DNA of 63,984 nucleotides, the filler included, from Alloascoidea hylecoeti (Eukaryota): assembly GCA_001600815.1 (NCBI GenBank). It is 11 parts of 9 records of this genome, joined end to end, with 100 filler letters (N's around TTAATTAATTAA, not from the genome) between each part and the next. Parts side by side here need not be neighbours in the genome. Positions count along the whole stretch, not along the records: positions 1 to 26,954 come from BCKZ01000009.1; positions 27,055 to 36,096 come from BCKZ01000009.1; positions 36,197 to 38,727 come from BCKZ01000011.1; 8 more parts are not named here. The stretch is one strand, 5' to 3'. This document shows positions 24,873 through 38,827 of this stretch, in pieces. Both the position numbers and the translations under genes were made by a program. The notes beneath the pieces are model-generated. The model saw nothing but the letters and a program-made list of their open reading frames with translations, made no database searches and was not told where the DNA came from. How positions within the stretch are numbered: position 1 is the stretch's first letter; each line of letters starts with the position of its first letter.

Positions 24873-26954
24873 ATGATAATTTATGATCTTAGTATATCGT
24901 TATATATTATTTAGATTTTGAATATATTATAGTAATGAAGGAATTAAATTATGAATGGTTTATTACCTGTTATTTCTGCTCTTTCTTAATAAGTTCAAGA
25001 CGGAGTTATTCAATTTCAAATTATAGATCTGCGATTAAAGTTAGATGCCCTATTGTAAAAATATTTCGTCATGCATTACTATGAATTACTCGCGATTATT
25101 TTGATCTAAAATTCACTCTTAAAAGAAGCATATTTCGCTTAATGCGAGATACACAATAGTAATATTTAGAAGAACATCAATTGAAAAGTATTAAATGGGA
25201 TAATTGTAATCTTTGCAATATGTTATAATTATTCCTATTTGATTATAATTGTAGCTATACCATATAAAGCCTTATATGTCGAGTCTAAGCTGTGCCCTAC
25301 CTTACAATATACCTCTAGGCTCGTATGGTATTAAAGTTTATAAGATTTTTGTTTTTTCTATTATTTATGCAATATAGCTACCATAATGTGTTACCATTAA
25401 ACTTGAGACTTAATTTTATAATTATGTATTTATTGATCTTGATTAAATTAAAAGTTCGAGGTGGTTATTGGTTACATATTTCGGAATAGCCTTCAAAAAA
25501 AATTTTTTTTGTCATCTGCTTGAGTTACATTTGGTAACACGGTGTGAGGGTATTGTTTGAGCACAACGTGAAATAACAAGTTCGGTGGGTGTACTTGTGG
25601 CTTTGGGGTTCATTAATAGAAGAAGAATAGGGAGTGTTTAACGCTAGCTAGACACATTTTTTTTAAAGAACATCGCGGAGTGTATACGTACAGCAAGAAG
25701 GTCAACCAGATCTTTCTTGATCTTCATGTTGATGTTCAATGTATACATGCAATCATCCTTTTTATAATTAGAGCGGTCTCTCGGGTTCTTGTTAAACATT
25801 TTATTATTTAGATCATAATATTGAAGTTGATAATTTAATTTCTTAACTGTGTTTGTATACCAATGGTCTTTTTTTTTTGATTTCAAGCTGCTTCCACGTA
25901 ACTAATTTAGGAAGTATATAATACGATACATAGAGCTATGACATTATAGCTGATAGTTATATTATATTATGGTATATGGCCCTTACTCTTAAAAAACCTA
26001 AATATTAATATTAATTATAATTAAAAATTAAATATCCAGAGCATATTTTTTTCTGGAAGTTTACATAAGACAATTCATATAAATAAGTTTGATAAAACAT
26101 GAGATGGATCTCAATAAATATAAAATAGCATTTTAAACTTGAATATAGCTATATGGTGTATTTGAGTAAATTAACGGGAAATTTGGATCAAGCTTATGTA
26201 ATCTTATTATTTTAAATATCGATATACCGCTTTAATTTCAGTATTTATAGTTACATCCATGATTTGACTGGAAACTATTTGTAATTCATAGCTGTCTATT
26301 GATGTTGTGTGCGATTCTATAAAGTTTATAGACTTTAAATTGTTTCTCTCTTAACTTAATTAAAGAATTCCGTAATTCGTATTCTATAAGCATATGCATA
26401 AATGCATACTGTTTTCGCGATCTAATTGGCTTACAACTGAGACAACTTTTACTTAATTATAACACTGCACCTTCACAAATGGAAAATGAATTTCCACCAG
26501 ATGAATTAGATAATACTGAAATTTCCTCGGGCTCCAAGGTTACTTTTTCAGAGAAGCCAAATAACTTTCATCCATAGATTATACAAAATTGAATTTCTTT
26601 TTAGAAAGTATCCGATGATTCTACACTTCTATATTATACTTCTGCATTGATTATGAACTTGATAGTATGGTAATTAATTTTGATATCAATATATCTTGCG
26701 AATTAAGACCAAACCAGCTAATATATCGAAAAGAGATGCAAATATATGTGGAAATAGTGTACTCGCTTTCATTATAATTATATTTCGACTATTTTTTACC
26801 ACAGATTTCCAGCTTAAAATAAACTTAGGGAATCGATAATTCATTGATATAAATCAGAATTGATTTCCATCCAACATGTTTGAATATCCACAAAATTTGA
26901 TTACATTCATTCAATTGAGAGAGTCATTTCCTTTCCTTCGCTACTTTTCTATCC

Positions 26955-27054
26955 NNNNNNNNNNNNNNNNNNNNNNNNNNNNNNNNNNNNNNNNNNNNTT
27001 AATTAATTAANNNNNNNNNNNNNNNNNNNNNNNNNNNNNNNNNNNNNNNNNNNN
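26955..27054. other. Artificial contig linker N44-TTAATTAATTAA-N44; also at 36097, 38728, 42126, 46108, 51194, 53908, 58377, 60717 and 62360 (100 bp each)
   Basis: Identical 100-bp structure ten times; the 12-mer has stop codons in all six frames. Confidence 0.98.
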
Positions 27055-27326
<272 letters not shown>

Positions 27327-28173
27327 TCACGTGATATATTATGAGTCTTTATTTCTTATTTCCGTGGCACAGAAACAGTGAACTTTAATTCATGCATATA
27401 TCATCATTATATGAGAAATTTTCCACAATTGTCTGTTTTTTCAGTAATAAGTTTTATTTCTTCGGTGAGGTGTATAGCACTGAAGAAATAAACCCAATTG
27501 CCAGCGAATAAAAATATCTTTAAATTTGTTCTTGGTCTCGCGTAGCTCCGAAAGTCGGCTACTAACGGGTATCGGGTTACTCCACAACACGAAGCTTGAA
27601 TCGCTTTTTCAGCGGAACAGTATACTCCTGCCATTAGCTTGACTTTATGACTCCACAAAATTCGCAAACCACCGAAGCTTGCAATCGGAACGGTATCCTT
27701 ATTTGGTCAAAGCTAGAGATTAGGTTGTATTACATATCAACATCTCTGGTTGTATAGCAAGATCAGATCTAAAGTGTCTTAGTATTTACAAGCAGTGCTG
27801 AAATTAAACAGAATGCATCCTGGAAAATCTAGCCAATCACATCACCCCCTCCTCTTTAGTTAGGTTCTAAATGTTATAAATATTACATCTTCTCCCCGTT
27901 TTCTCCATCTCTTTTACTCACCACTTCTATATCCTCCTTCTCCCTGCTTTACTCACACTGATTCTAGTCAATTAACCTCCAAAGAAGTTTCTCTTTCTAA
28001 CTCCCCTTGATAACATCCCCTGACTCCCTGCGCTCAGTCCGTTTGGCCCGATCAAAATTTCAACAACAACATATCCCTTGCAACGCAATCCTTCGTCAAC
28101 TGATATAAAAGAATCTAGCGTTTAACCATCCATATTTTATACACTCCTCTTCTCCATACTAAAACTGTTAAAT

Positions 28174-31008
28174 ATGCCGCTTTTGGAAGGTGTCAATGTC
28201 CCTCTCAAGGACCGGGCAATGCTCGGTGATTTTATGCCAAATACTTATTGTTATCAATCCCAATCTCAGAAATCTGATTCGAGTATAAGTTTACATGAAT
28301 CTTCTTCTTTGGATCTCGTTCCCACCCCTGGTCCCAGCAATCTTCCTATTCTTGATCAATCATCTCTGTTATCTGAATCTCAGAATACTTCGGATTCTGA
28401 TGCAAACTCCGATGTTGCGCTTGAAAATGTTGTGAAGTTAAGCGCTAATAAGAAACCTCATTTTTCTTTAAAATTGAAAGACAATGATATTGATAAACTT
28501 GTAAATTTAGATTACGGGAATGGTTCAGCTTTATCACCTGCATCGAGTGATTGTTCCGATCGAGCTTCCTTATTAGAGGTCCCCACGGATTCTGATGTCT
28601 ATGATGATGATGATGCCTTATTTTTTCCTGGGTCTTCTAGTGATCAAAAAATAAAGAGGCCTATTCGTCCAAGACCTTCTGCTTGCGTCTTTGTTGCTAG
28701 GTATGATCCTTGAATAATGATACCCATTACCTTAAACATTTAAAATACCCCTCCTGTTCATCACACAACTAACCCCGTTTTTTAGTCTTGCTGCAACAGA
28801 ATCCGATGACAACTTATGTATTACTGTCAAGAAGCATTTTGAACAGGTCTGTATTATGAATAAATGCTACAATAATACCTGCATCATTATATTGTTTCTA
28901 ATATTTTATACCCTTTAGTATGGTAATCTTATCATTGTCAAAGTCCTCCGGGATCAAGAAAATAGGCCTTATGCTTTCGTGCAATATGAAGATGATATTA
29001 GTGCTAAAATCGCTCTAAGAGAAGCCCAACATGCCGTTTTAAATGGAAGAACAATTAGATGTGAACCTGCTAGAGTTAATCGAACTCTCTTTATATCCAA
29101 TAGATATGCTGTAACTGAAAAGGTGTGTTTAAAATCTATAATACTTAAATTATTATTGTGCTTGTCAACTATATTAACTAAAAAATGTGTGTCTCCTATA
29201 AAATTTATTTAACTTTTAGAAAATTTGTGATATGTTATCTGAATTTGGTGAAATTGAAGAGCTTGTTCGTGAAAACACCAGATTACCTAAAGCCATGCCT
29301 ACAAGAAATTGGTTCGTCAAGTTTGTTTATCGAGATGATGCTATTAGGGCATATGCAAACTCCAGATTAAAAGATGTGTGTATATTTTGCAATCGTTAAT
29401 GCTCATAAACTAAGCTTGACATCTTGTATCTATTGCCATGGTTCTTTTTTAAAGAAGATCCCAATGATAATTATATTAATTTATCTTCTAACTTCTTTAT
29501 ACAGAATTGTACTGTTGAGTGGGCCCAGAATATTGATACGACTTCCCATAACATACCAAAGGATCTTGGAATTGATAAATATTCTATTTTTGTTGGCCAA
29601 TTGGACCCTAAAGTAACAAAAGAAATTCTTATTGAACATTTTTCATCTCATGGAAAAGTTGTGGAAGCGTCCTTGATTGTTAGACTTCCTAATCGTGATG
29701 GTAAGATACATCAGCCAAATTATATGAGCAATTGAACTTAATACTAAATACCGAATATCAATTAGCTTCGAGGAAAACCTTTAATTTTGCTTTCATTAAA
29801 TACGAATCAGAAGAAGCCGCTGCTGCTGCTGTAGAACAAGAGGTATGTTTCATTTTTGAAAGAAATGCAAATCTTTTAAGCGCTGGTTTATTTTTTGGCT
29901 AAACCTAATATCTAATACTAAAATTCATTAAGAATCATGCCATGTTAATGGATAAAACAATGCATGTCCAATACCGAGAATTACATCGTGTAGCACCAAA
30001 ACCGTCTTCAGATAAACCACGTTTGGCACTTGCTCCACCACCGGTAAATTTATCAGTGCGAATGCCTACAGGAACAAGATCTGTTAGTGATCATTCTGCT
30101 TTTAACAGGTTTCCAAAACCAACTTTGGATAATTCTCAAAGAACCCCCAAGTTTAGTAAAAGAAGAAACTCTATTGGGAAGTTCCCTCCAAGTCGTCATT
30201 CAGCTAATATTCCATATAGTTATGGGTTTTATCCTCAACAATATCAGAATGCTTATCCTGTTATGAATTATCAAGTAAGTATTTTGAATTCACTTTTTTA
30301 TCCAATAATGAAATATTAACAATTATCTGTCTACAGCCTTCTGGAGATTTTAGGGGATATAAACCTGATCGACCATACGATGCTTACTATTATCCTCCTA
30401 TGATGTATGGTGCAAACTCTAACCCCCAGAAATATATAATGCCAATGGGATCATCTCAAGGTATGTCCCAATATGATATGCACCCTCCGATTACACCTTT
30501 TAAGTTTGGATCAATGAGTGATGCCAATGCTACTCATAACCGCGGACCAGATTCGGTAACACCTTCCCCTGATTCTCATACAGCAAGCTCTCATACCACA
30601 AATTATTACTCACCAACATCTACAAGTTCAAAAGGAGAATCTTACCCAAGAAGTCAAATGAACATGCAATTCCCCGTTGAATATCCTAATGGTGCTGCAA
30701 ATTTTGATCATAAAAATTTTAAAAATACTGGAGCACCACATCCACACCCCCAACATCCACAATCTCAATTATATTATCCTTCAGGTCCCGTACCTAGTAA
30801 TCCTAATTACTACTATCCAAGATACCTAGGTATGGATCATTATTATATGTACTACGGTGGTAATAATAATTCGGCAGTAAATGCGCCAAATAATAATAAT
30901 ATTAATGAAGAGAATAAGAATGCTGAGGAAAAGAAAGCAGGAGGAGTATTTAACAAAATCGATGCGGCTTCTACTCCTTATAAATCCCAAGTTGTTAATA
31001 ACTACTAA
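28174..31008 (+). CDS. RIM4: Meiotic RNA-binding protein Rim4 (3 RRMs, prion-like C-terminus); exons 28174-28700, 28786-28846, 28919-29122, 29220-29375, 29505-29700, 29766-29842, 29933-30274, 30337-31008
   Basis: Splicing joins in frame: RPSACVFVASL, VKVLRD..NRPYAFVQY, GRTIRCEPARVNRTL, WFVKFVYRDDAIRAYA, IDKYSIFVGQL, ENHAMLMDKTMHVQYRE; P/Y/N-rich tail. Confidence 0.92.
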
Positions 31009-33381
31009 ATTTTTGTCCCCCTTCCCCTATTTTTCATATGCATTATAATCATCATTTTCTTCTTACGATTATTCTTATTTTATTTTTTTTTCCAATTTTA
31101 TTTTTTTAATTATATTTGTGTTTTATATGTAATGTAGATGAGAAAATTCCTACGATTTTTATTTTGGAATATTATTTTGATGTTTTATACAATTGGGTTC
31201 ACATTCACTTTAACCATATGTTATTATCTATGACTATTTTCCCTCGTTAGGTACATTGCTTTAATTATCTGTAATGATTTGCTGTATCATATAAGCTTAA
31301 TACTATTTTTATGTTTATTTTATTTCATATTTAAAGATTACAACAATTAAAAATGAAATTATATTCTATGAATTTAAAAAAGTTATCAACCGCTAACTCC
31401 GATTAAGATACATGAAATGATATCAAATAATTGAGGACATTGATGATAAATAAATATTAGGGAATAATGGATAAGTCTATTACTTGCTTTTGTTTCTCCA
31501 CTGTTATAATAAAAAGCTGAAATTAGGAGACAATGGTTGTAACTAGTGAAAAATATTTTGCTGCTAACATTTCAAAATTATAACCATCATTAGCGCCAAA
31601 CAAGTGACTTAATTCTCATCGGTATTCTCCATCACTTGTGTCAATTTTATTACAATCTATTCCAAAGAGTTTATTTTTATTAATATTCATAGAACCCAGG
31701 AGTCATCTATTTGTAGATTTTATAACGAAAGCTTTTTATATATTGGGATCAAAGGAATAAATTATAACAGATTTTCCAAGTTATGCAAAGGGTATAGTCA
31801 AATATATTCTCTGTAGATTGAAGTTAAGAATCTTTCTATAATTATGAGATGTAGTAGTAACCGATACTAATCCTTAATCAGGTATAATCGAGTTCTTCAT
31901 GGTGATCAAAGCCATTAATATAATTAATACCACAAGTTCGTTCGTCGATAATCTACCGAGACGTGTGAGTTGTAAGCCTAAGAATAATTATGATATTCTC
32001 AATGACAGTAGACCACTCCTATTGTACCATATAAAGTTACTTCGATATTCTTTATGCATATACATGATTTGTGTTAAAGTTTCTTGAAGTTGTTATGAAT
32101 AAATTACTTTCCTTGGTTTAAGCTTTCACATTAGTTTTACCTTTAAAACGACCATCACAGTACATTTGTTCAATGATCATCATTCCATATAGATCCAACA
32201 ATTAAACAAATTCTCATTGTTAATAAACTGTTCAACCCTTTTAAATCAGAGTCTCTAGTTATCATCAAAAGTTGAAGACCCAAAGATGGGATAATAATCT
32301 GAAGTAACTTGAAACTTGATATTCTGGTGCTATTAAATGATTTAATAAATATTGAACTGTTAAGATAACATCCTCCATTATGTATTAGATATAAGTTTTA
32401 ATAAACTTGATGATACACCTTCTAGGGTCCGACCATTTTTGGAATTTTTTGAGTTGATTTTAATCATTAATTCTGCTCTGATACCGAAAACTGAGCTATA
32501 ATTTCAGTTTTTGGCGATTATAGATGGAGTTGATGCGTATACAGTGCTATACACCGTACAAGCTGATTCTTTCAATCATAAGATGATGGATCCCACACCC
32601 TGTCCTTGAAGAGTTTAGAGTTGCAATTCTTCATAATTATAGATGATATTATTAGTGAATAATTTATAGTAATAGGGAATTGAATAAACGCATAGGTAGG
32701 CTTATTAGCACAGGTACCTAATACACCTACATGTATATTCATTACAACCAACAACAGGACACCATCTTCTTTGAATATAAAGCACAAAAATTAGTTAACT
32801 ACAATAGCAAGGTCATGTAATTTAACAGAATTATGTAAATATACCTAGGTAAATGAATTGTCAGGAAAAGGGGGTGGATTTTATCACAAGCAGGACACAT
32901 TAAGAACTCCTCCATTCTTATACACTCCATTGAAAAAAACATTAACTTCGATATTATAGTGTTGTTCAATACATATTTTTTTTGAAGTGACCAGGTCTCT
33001 TAATATACTAGCTTTTCTGATTCTCATATGTCTTATCATGACCAGTCATGAATGGAATAGAAGAGGGTCTGCTCCCATCAATAAATATATAAATAAATAG
33101 TTTCCTTTCTTAGTGTTTCTCTCATTATTCGGATTCTACATGTCATCCAGCCTGTAGAGGCCCAAATCAATAATATTATTTTACGTCTACTACTTTAACA
33201 AGACCAGAGTTTTATAAAGTGTAGATAGGCTACAGCACTAGCTATAGTAAATGAAGGAAAATAAGCTGATGGAGGGAGTTAAATAGCTCCAGGAAAATAC
33301 ATTGATAGGAGTTCTTTTATTTCAATTGAACCGGTTCTATTATTTTGTGCTTGATTTTGTTCTTGACCTTAAGAATTCTAG

Positions 33382-33382
<1 letters not shown>

Positions 33383-33436
<54 letters not shown>
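33383..33436. repeat. (GTT)18 microsatellite
   Basis: Direct reading. Confidence 0.95.
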
Positions 33437-34885
33437 ATCGCTTGAAAGCGGTTATGGAGCAAAAAGTGTTTTGGATGATCTTCCTTATATTTATATATAT
33501 CGTAAGTATTTTGATTAATAATTTGTATATCAGTCTCCATTACTAATAATATATTAATAAATTATGGAAAATAAGTTGGTGGCATTGGTAGGGATTCATT
33601 CATTTCATTTGTTCTTGACTATGTTCTTGCTCTTGTTCTTGTTTTTGACCTTATAGATTACATGACTTCAACATCTTCCCAATCTTCTTCCAATAAAGGG
33701 GAACGTATATAATAGTGAGCCAAAAACTGATGATACCAAACACAGAAAAGAAAGACCAATTACCATATCCTCTGAATCCATTTCTTTTAACTTCCTTTTC
33801 AAAATATGTTAATTATCTTATGCGAAGGGTCTATTATATACAAACTAGAAGCGGGAAACCGGCCTTATAAAGCAGGAACAAAATATCATTGATGAATCAT
33901 TGAAGATCTATTCCCATTTTCGAACTTGCATGAATGAAGACTTGCTGCAGGTAAATATATACTGTTTTAAGATGTCACAGGTCAGATGTCAATTTTTTAG
34001 ATACAATGTCAAAATCCTTTGAAGATGGTACAGCAAATCAGTGATAACTTATTAAATACACGGTAAAGGTTATATATATTATTTTGTCTGTGTGTGGACC
34101 ACTCATTTGCCTTCAACTCTTTCCCGACCGCTATCAGTCTGCATCAGTATTGTTCACTTACAATGGATTCTTATGATATCATAGACGTTAAAGTCAGAGA
34201 CTATTCCAAAATTATTCTCTTTTAAGAAGTTCATCATTCAAGATGGTATTATTATGCTTATAGATTTTTATATATAATCGTATACTATTCTTGGATAATT
34301 TTCTTTTGAGTTCATCGTCTAAGATTAGATCACTGTAGTCTTGTATGCTCCAACACCCATAGGATCATCTGGATCATAATGTATTTCAACAAAGGCTACT
34401 AGATTGCTTAATCCAGGCACACTGAGTTACGTGGAAGACTTGAACACTTACCCATAAATAGAGGAGGGATTCCGCTAACTAGAATATAGTATATTTTATC
34501 TATCTCTATCTGTGCATACCTCACTTATCAATTGTTGCAGTGTAGAATCTGTAGATAGCGTTGTATTATTTAATTTTCTATAATACAATATAGTGAATGG
34601 GATAATGTATTAGAGTTGCTGTGCTGAATTGCAATACTAAAATAACATAGGAAAGATTAGACTATATGAAGAGTAGATATTCCTTTCAATAAAACCTATA
34701 GACTATCAGCTAATAGCTTGTCAACTATAAAATTGGTGATCTATATCGAAAGATTATTAGAATTGAAATTTTACTATATTTGTGTCTTATTATTCATGGA
34801 TTAAAATTAAAATTAATCACAACAATACAAGCGCGTAAAATTTTATTTCTTTTACAGTAAGCTTCAGTTCGTCTACCCTTGTCTA

Positions 34886-35220
34886 TACGGAGGTCCCAAA
34901 TAATTTGGGCCACAGTTTTTCCACTCTTGATTTAATAATAAAATAAAATTAAAATTAAAAAAATATTGTTTCAATATATCTCGTCACATGCTTTAGAAAT
35001 ATACGTACAGCACCTTTAGTTAAATATAGACCGCTTGTAGACATATTCGCCCACTTTTCGTAAATATTCGTCCACATGTTAAATTATTAATTCGACCACG
35101 TTTTGAATTAAATATTAGGCCACGCCATGCATAATGGTTTGACCACTTCTTGAATAAAGTATTCGTCTACTTCTTCAATTAAATATTCGGCCACAACCTT
35201 CAATTGAATATTGGGGTCAT
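34886..35220. repeat. Putative TIR-transposon end with about 9 degenerate 20-25 bp units (core AAATATTCGnCCAC)
   Basis: TA-CGGAGGTCCCAAATAATTTGGGCCAC at 34886; units such as TAAATATTCGTCCAC, TAAATATTAGGCCAC and TAAATATTCGGCCAC between 35015 and 35220. Confidence 0.6.
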
Positions 35221-35406
35221 TAAAGATTCTACCGCTTTACACTTAATATGCAACCAACCACCCGAATGAAGAAATCTGCAGGTGTAAACCCTCTTGCTGT
35301 GTGAGCAATGAACACCTATGGTTGTACCAATACACAGCCGTCTATACACTGTACACAGTACTGTGTCATACTACACAGTGCTACACACCCTTATAAGTGA
35401 ATTCAA

Positions 35407-36096
35407 ATGGATTACTTACCTAGTTATTTTCCACTTAACACTTTATCCGGTGGTGCTCAAAAAATTTCAGGTGCCATGAACAAAAAGTCAAATACTGGGT
35501 TTTCTGAGGAGGCTGTATCTCAACTTGAACAAGAACTCCAAGAGAAACAAGAATTGTTTGATAAAGCTACTGAAACGTACAACAAAATGATTAAAGCGCT
35601 AAATTTCTTAAAAGATAGACAGCCTGAAATTGAATTAAAGAAACATACTAAAATCTTTTCAGAAAATGAAAAGGAAGTTGTTGCCCTTGATAACCAATTG
35701 TTAAAAATGGAACAAAGTGTGGAAGAGAAATTTCAAAAGGCAGCTCTGTTAGAGAAAGAGTATTCTAAAATTCTAGATGAACGTGATGATAGAAAAGAAG
35801 CACTTGAGTCTGCAAAAGATAAATTGGAATCTGAAAAGAAGCTTATTGCCGAATTGAGATCTAGCGAAATTGAGATTGAAAATAAAATCGAACAACATGT
35901 GACTAATATGAAAGATTACAAGCGCGCCATTCATCACTATAAAAGTCAATTCGAGTCTTTGAAACTTCATAATTTAGATGAACTAATTGGTAACGTCCAA
36001 GAAACAAGTATTCAGAATGAAGATGAGGATGTTATGATGGACACTGAAGAAAGTTCTTCACCTCAAGCATCACTAGAAATATCTTTAGATGAGCTC
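35407..36096 (+). CDS. Truncated, internally deleted copy of condensin SMC4 (post-hinge coiled coil), open to the contig end
   Basis: TLSGG..FSEEAVSQLEQEL..LKDRQPEIE, ELRSSEIEIENKIE and LEISLDEL match recalled Smc4 segments (TMSGGG, LRDHEPDLE, EFKSIEIEMKNKLE, LSEDEL); no SMC4 head or hinge upstream. Confidence 0.7.
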
Positions 36097-38366
36097 NNNN
36101 NNNNNNNNNNNNNNNNNNNNNNNNNNNNNNNNNNNNNNNNTTAATTAATTAANNNNNNNNNNNNNNNNNNNNNNNNNNNNNNNNNNNNNNNNNNNNTTTT
36201 GTTTATCGCACTATATATTTCGGATAACTATTAGTACTTGATTCTATCAGAAAACTATGACAGGGAAACATACTTTTGCTCGACGTCTTCTGCAAATAAC
36301 ACAGGCATATTGCCTTTTTGAAGGTTGGGTTGACATGTTATATAAAAAGTGTCTGTGTAGGTTTTTAGGATGGGTTTATATAATGCTTTCCTGCTCGATC
36401 AAAAATAGATATACATTACTAAGTGTGATTTCCAATCATTACTGTTAGAAACTGTCACGTGCCCACTAATGTTAGGCCATATACAAACATGACGAAAAAT
36501 TGTACTGGGGAGTGAACATTCGTTGTATATTGGCACCTGCTTATATTTATGAATGCTCATAAATACTTCGCGCAAGCACCTTACACGACTGTGGAGAATG
36601 ATCCAAAATTGTGAAATTGATAATGAAACTCGAATGGGAAATGGTTTTCAAACTTCGACTTCCTAATCTTAATACATACAAGAAAAAGGATGTGTTCACA
36701 ACAGCAGTTTATTCAACATCAGGCATAGCAATATAGTGCAACTTAAACAATTCGAAAAGACCAGATTTTCAGAAGGAACGAAGGACCACCAAGCAATAAG
36801 GTGACTTTATACGATCGCGAGCAAAAACGATCAAATTGATATTTAACCATCACTAACAATCACAGCCAACAAATTAAATAAAAATACCGGAGACACAGTT
36901 GGTATAGACCGATTTTTGCTACTATAATACAACCCTAATCGTTTTCATTTAATGATAAGTTATCAAGTGTTGGAATATCATATGCATCAGTTATTATGGT
37001 AGAGATTTTTGTTTCCAATCTAACTTTAATCGGAGAGATTATCACACCAGGCATAACCTCTATTAATTCCAACGTTAGTTTTATCACTGGGAAATACAGT
37101 AGGAAGAGAAATTATATAACTGTATTTGTATATTCTATTAATTCATATATTCTTACACTTTTAGAAATTTGAATGTTATTAAATTTTACCAAATTTTCAG
37201 CAACGACAGTTTAACCAACAATTGTCGTTTCACCAGGTCCTGAGACTGCACCGTCGATATATAATGCGAAATGGGCCAAAGATATACCAGCCACCCAGAA
37301 TTGTTGCATTTCAACCAGGAATTGCAAAACCAACAAATTTAAATTATGAAAAATAGTATTATTAAAATCTATTGAATAATAGTTCTGATAATATATGTTC
37401 GATATTTTTTTGTTGTGGTGAGCGTTCGAAGCTCCAATCTTTTAACACACATCTATCTTTGTTATCTGCAGATAATTGTGTGTAATTGGTAACCTTCCCC
37501 TTAGAAATCTGAATTCCACTTCGAAATAGTTCTTAAGGGATCTTCGAGCACCGTGGTGAAAATATGAGCTAATAAAGTTTTCTTCATCCCCTATCCAAGA
37601 ACATATAAAATAATCCATCAGACCTCATATATTTTTCATTTCTGGTCACGCTTCGTAAGGTTCTTTTACAAACTTGGTAGATTTTGCATCGTTCAGGTAA
37701 ATACTCATTTTTTCTGAATTTTTTGGTTGCTTCTACCTCTTTTTCGCCCACCTAAATAAACCTCTCCAAACTTTGAAGATATCTTCTGGCGATTGAAGGA
37801 TGAATTTCGCTTATTGCAAAGCCGATCAGATATTTTTAAGGGTTATAGCTTCAGCACTTAACTTCTAGTATATTTTAATGAACTTCTATTTTTGTGGTCG
37901 GTCGGTGGTGAGATTTGTTAGAACACTTGTTCGACTTTTTGGTTTGTGGTTGTTCCATTACAATTGGTGTGTTGTGTTTGGTGTCACCAAAATTTTAAAA
38001 TGTTTATTATCTCTACCTTTTGATTTCGACGGAATATTCTTTGATTTTCTAGTGGAGTAGATGGAGTATTTATAAATACTGTGATAGGGAGAAAATATGA
38101 CGATTTTTCCATTCTGTATTCGTTATACTACATGAAATTATATGAGAACAAGAGTAGAAACTATCACATCTAGCTCTAGCATAGTGATCCTCTATAGTTT
38201 TATTATTAACATTTTTTTATTAAAGTCTGGGTAATATAATTCATTTTCAGTGGGCGGAATTATTAAATCTAAGGTTATATATAGCTATACTTAATTGTAT
38301 CACACAAGTCTAGTAGTATACACTATACGAATTATTCATACGGGAGATACGGAAGAAGGTAAAATG

Positions 38367-38727
38367 TTAATCTAGCAAATCTTTCATTATTGAATCATAA
38401 TGAAGACTCTCATATAATAAATCATCGGAGTATACCGGTAAATCCGGAAGCTGTGGTAGGTCCATTAGTTCGTCAATTGAAAATGGCCATAATTGATCTT
38501 TAAATGCATCCTGAGTGTAGCTAAGATTTAAATTGTCCTTTGCGGGATTGAAACTGTCATTAATAATTTTATCATTATCATTTTTCGTGGGTATTGATTT
38601 ATTATTAATTATATCATTAGAGGTGCCAGTATTATTTTCTCCTTCATAATTAAATGGAATTGGAAGATCAGGTATGTTAATACCTGATCCATTATCGTTC
38701 TCCTTATAAATGCTCTTCATTTTATTC
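38367..38727 (-). CDS. C-terminus of a Zn2Cys6-type transcription-factor paralogue (truncated at contig end)
   Basis: Closely similar to the C-terminus of 39675-40472 (FKDQLWPFSIDELMD..YSDDLLYESLHYDS); 3' flanks also homologous. Confidence 0.7.
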
Positions 38728-38827
38728 NNNNNNNNNNNNNNNNNNNNNNNNNNNNNNNNNNNNNNNNNNNNTTAATTAATTAANNNNNNNNNNNNNNNNN
38801 NNNNNNNNNNNNNNNNNNNNNNNNNNN

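Noticed and set aside
26999..27010. Repeated TTAATTAATTAA as a biological motif
   Set aside because: Always centred in identical N runs; an artificial six-frame-stop linker. Gene neighbourhoods across it were not interpreted.
32200..32490. Primer-binding-site-like GGTATCAGAGC (minus strand) with a gag-like relic; similar motif at ~8780
   Set aside because: Mismatched, matches plant rather than yeast initiator tRNA, and no LTR pair or pol motifs were found.
35015..35220. CRISPR-like array
   Set aside because: Eukaryotic context, short degenerate cores, spacers of about 10 bp, no cas genes.
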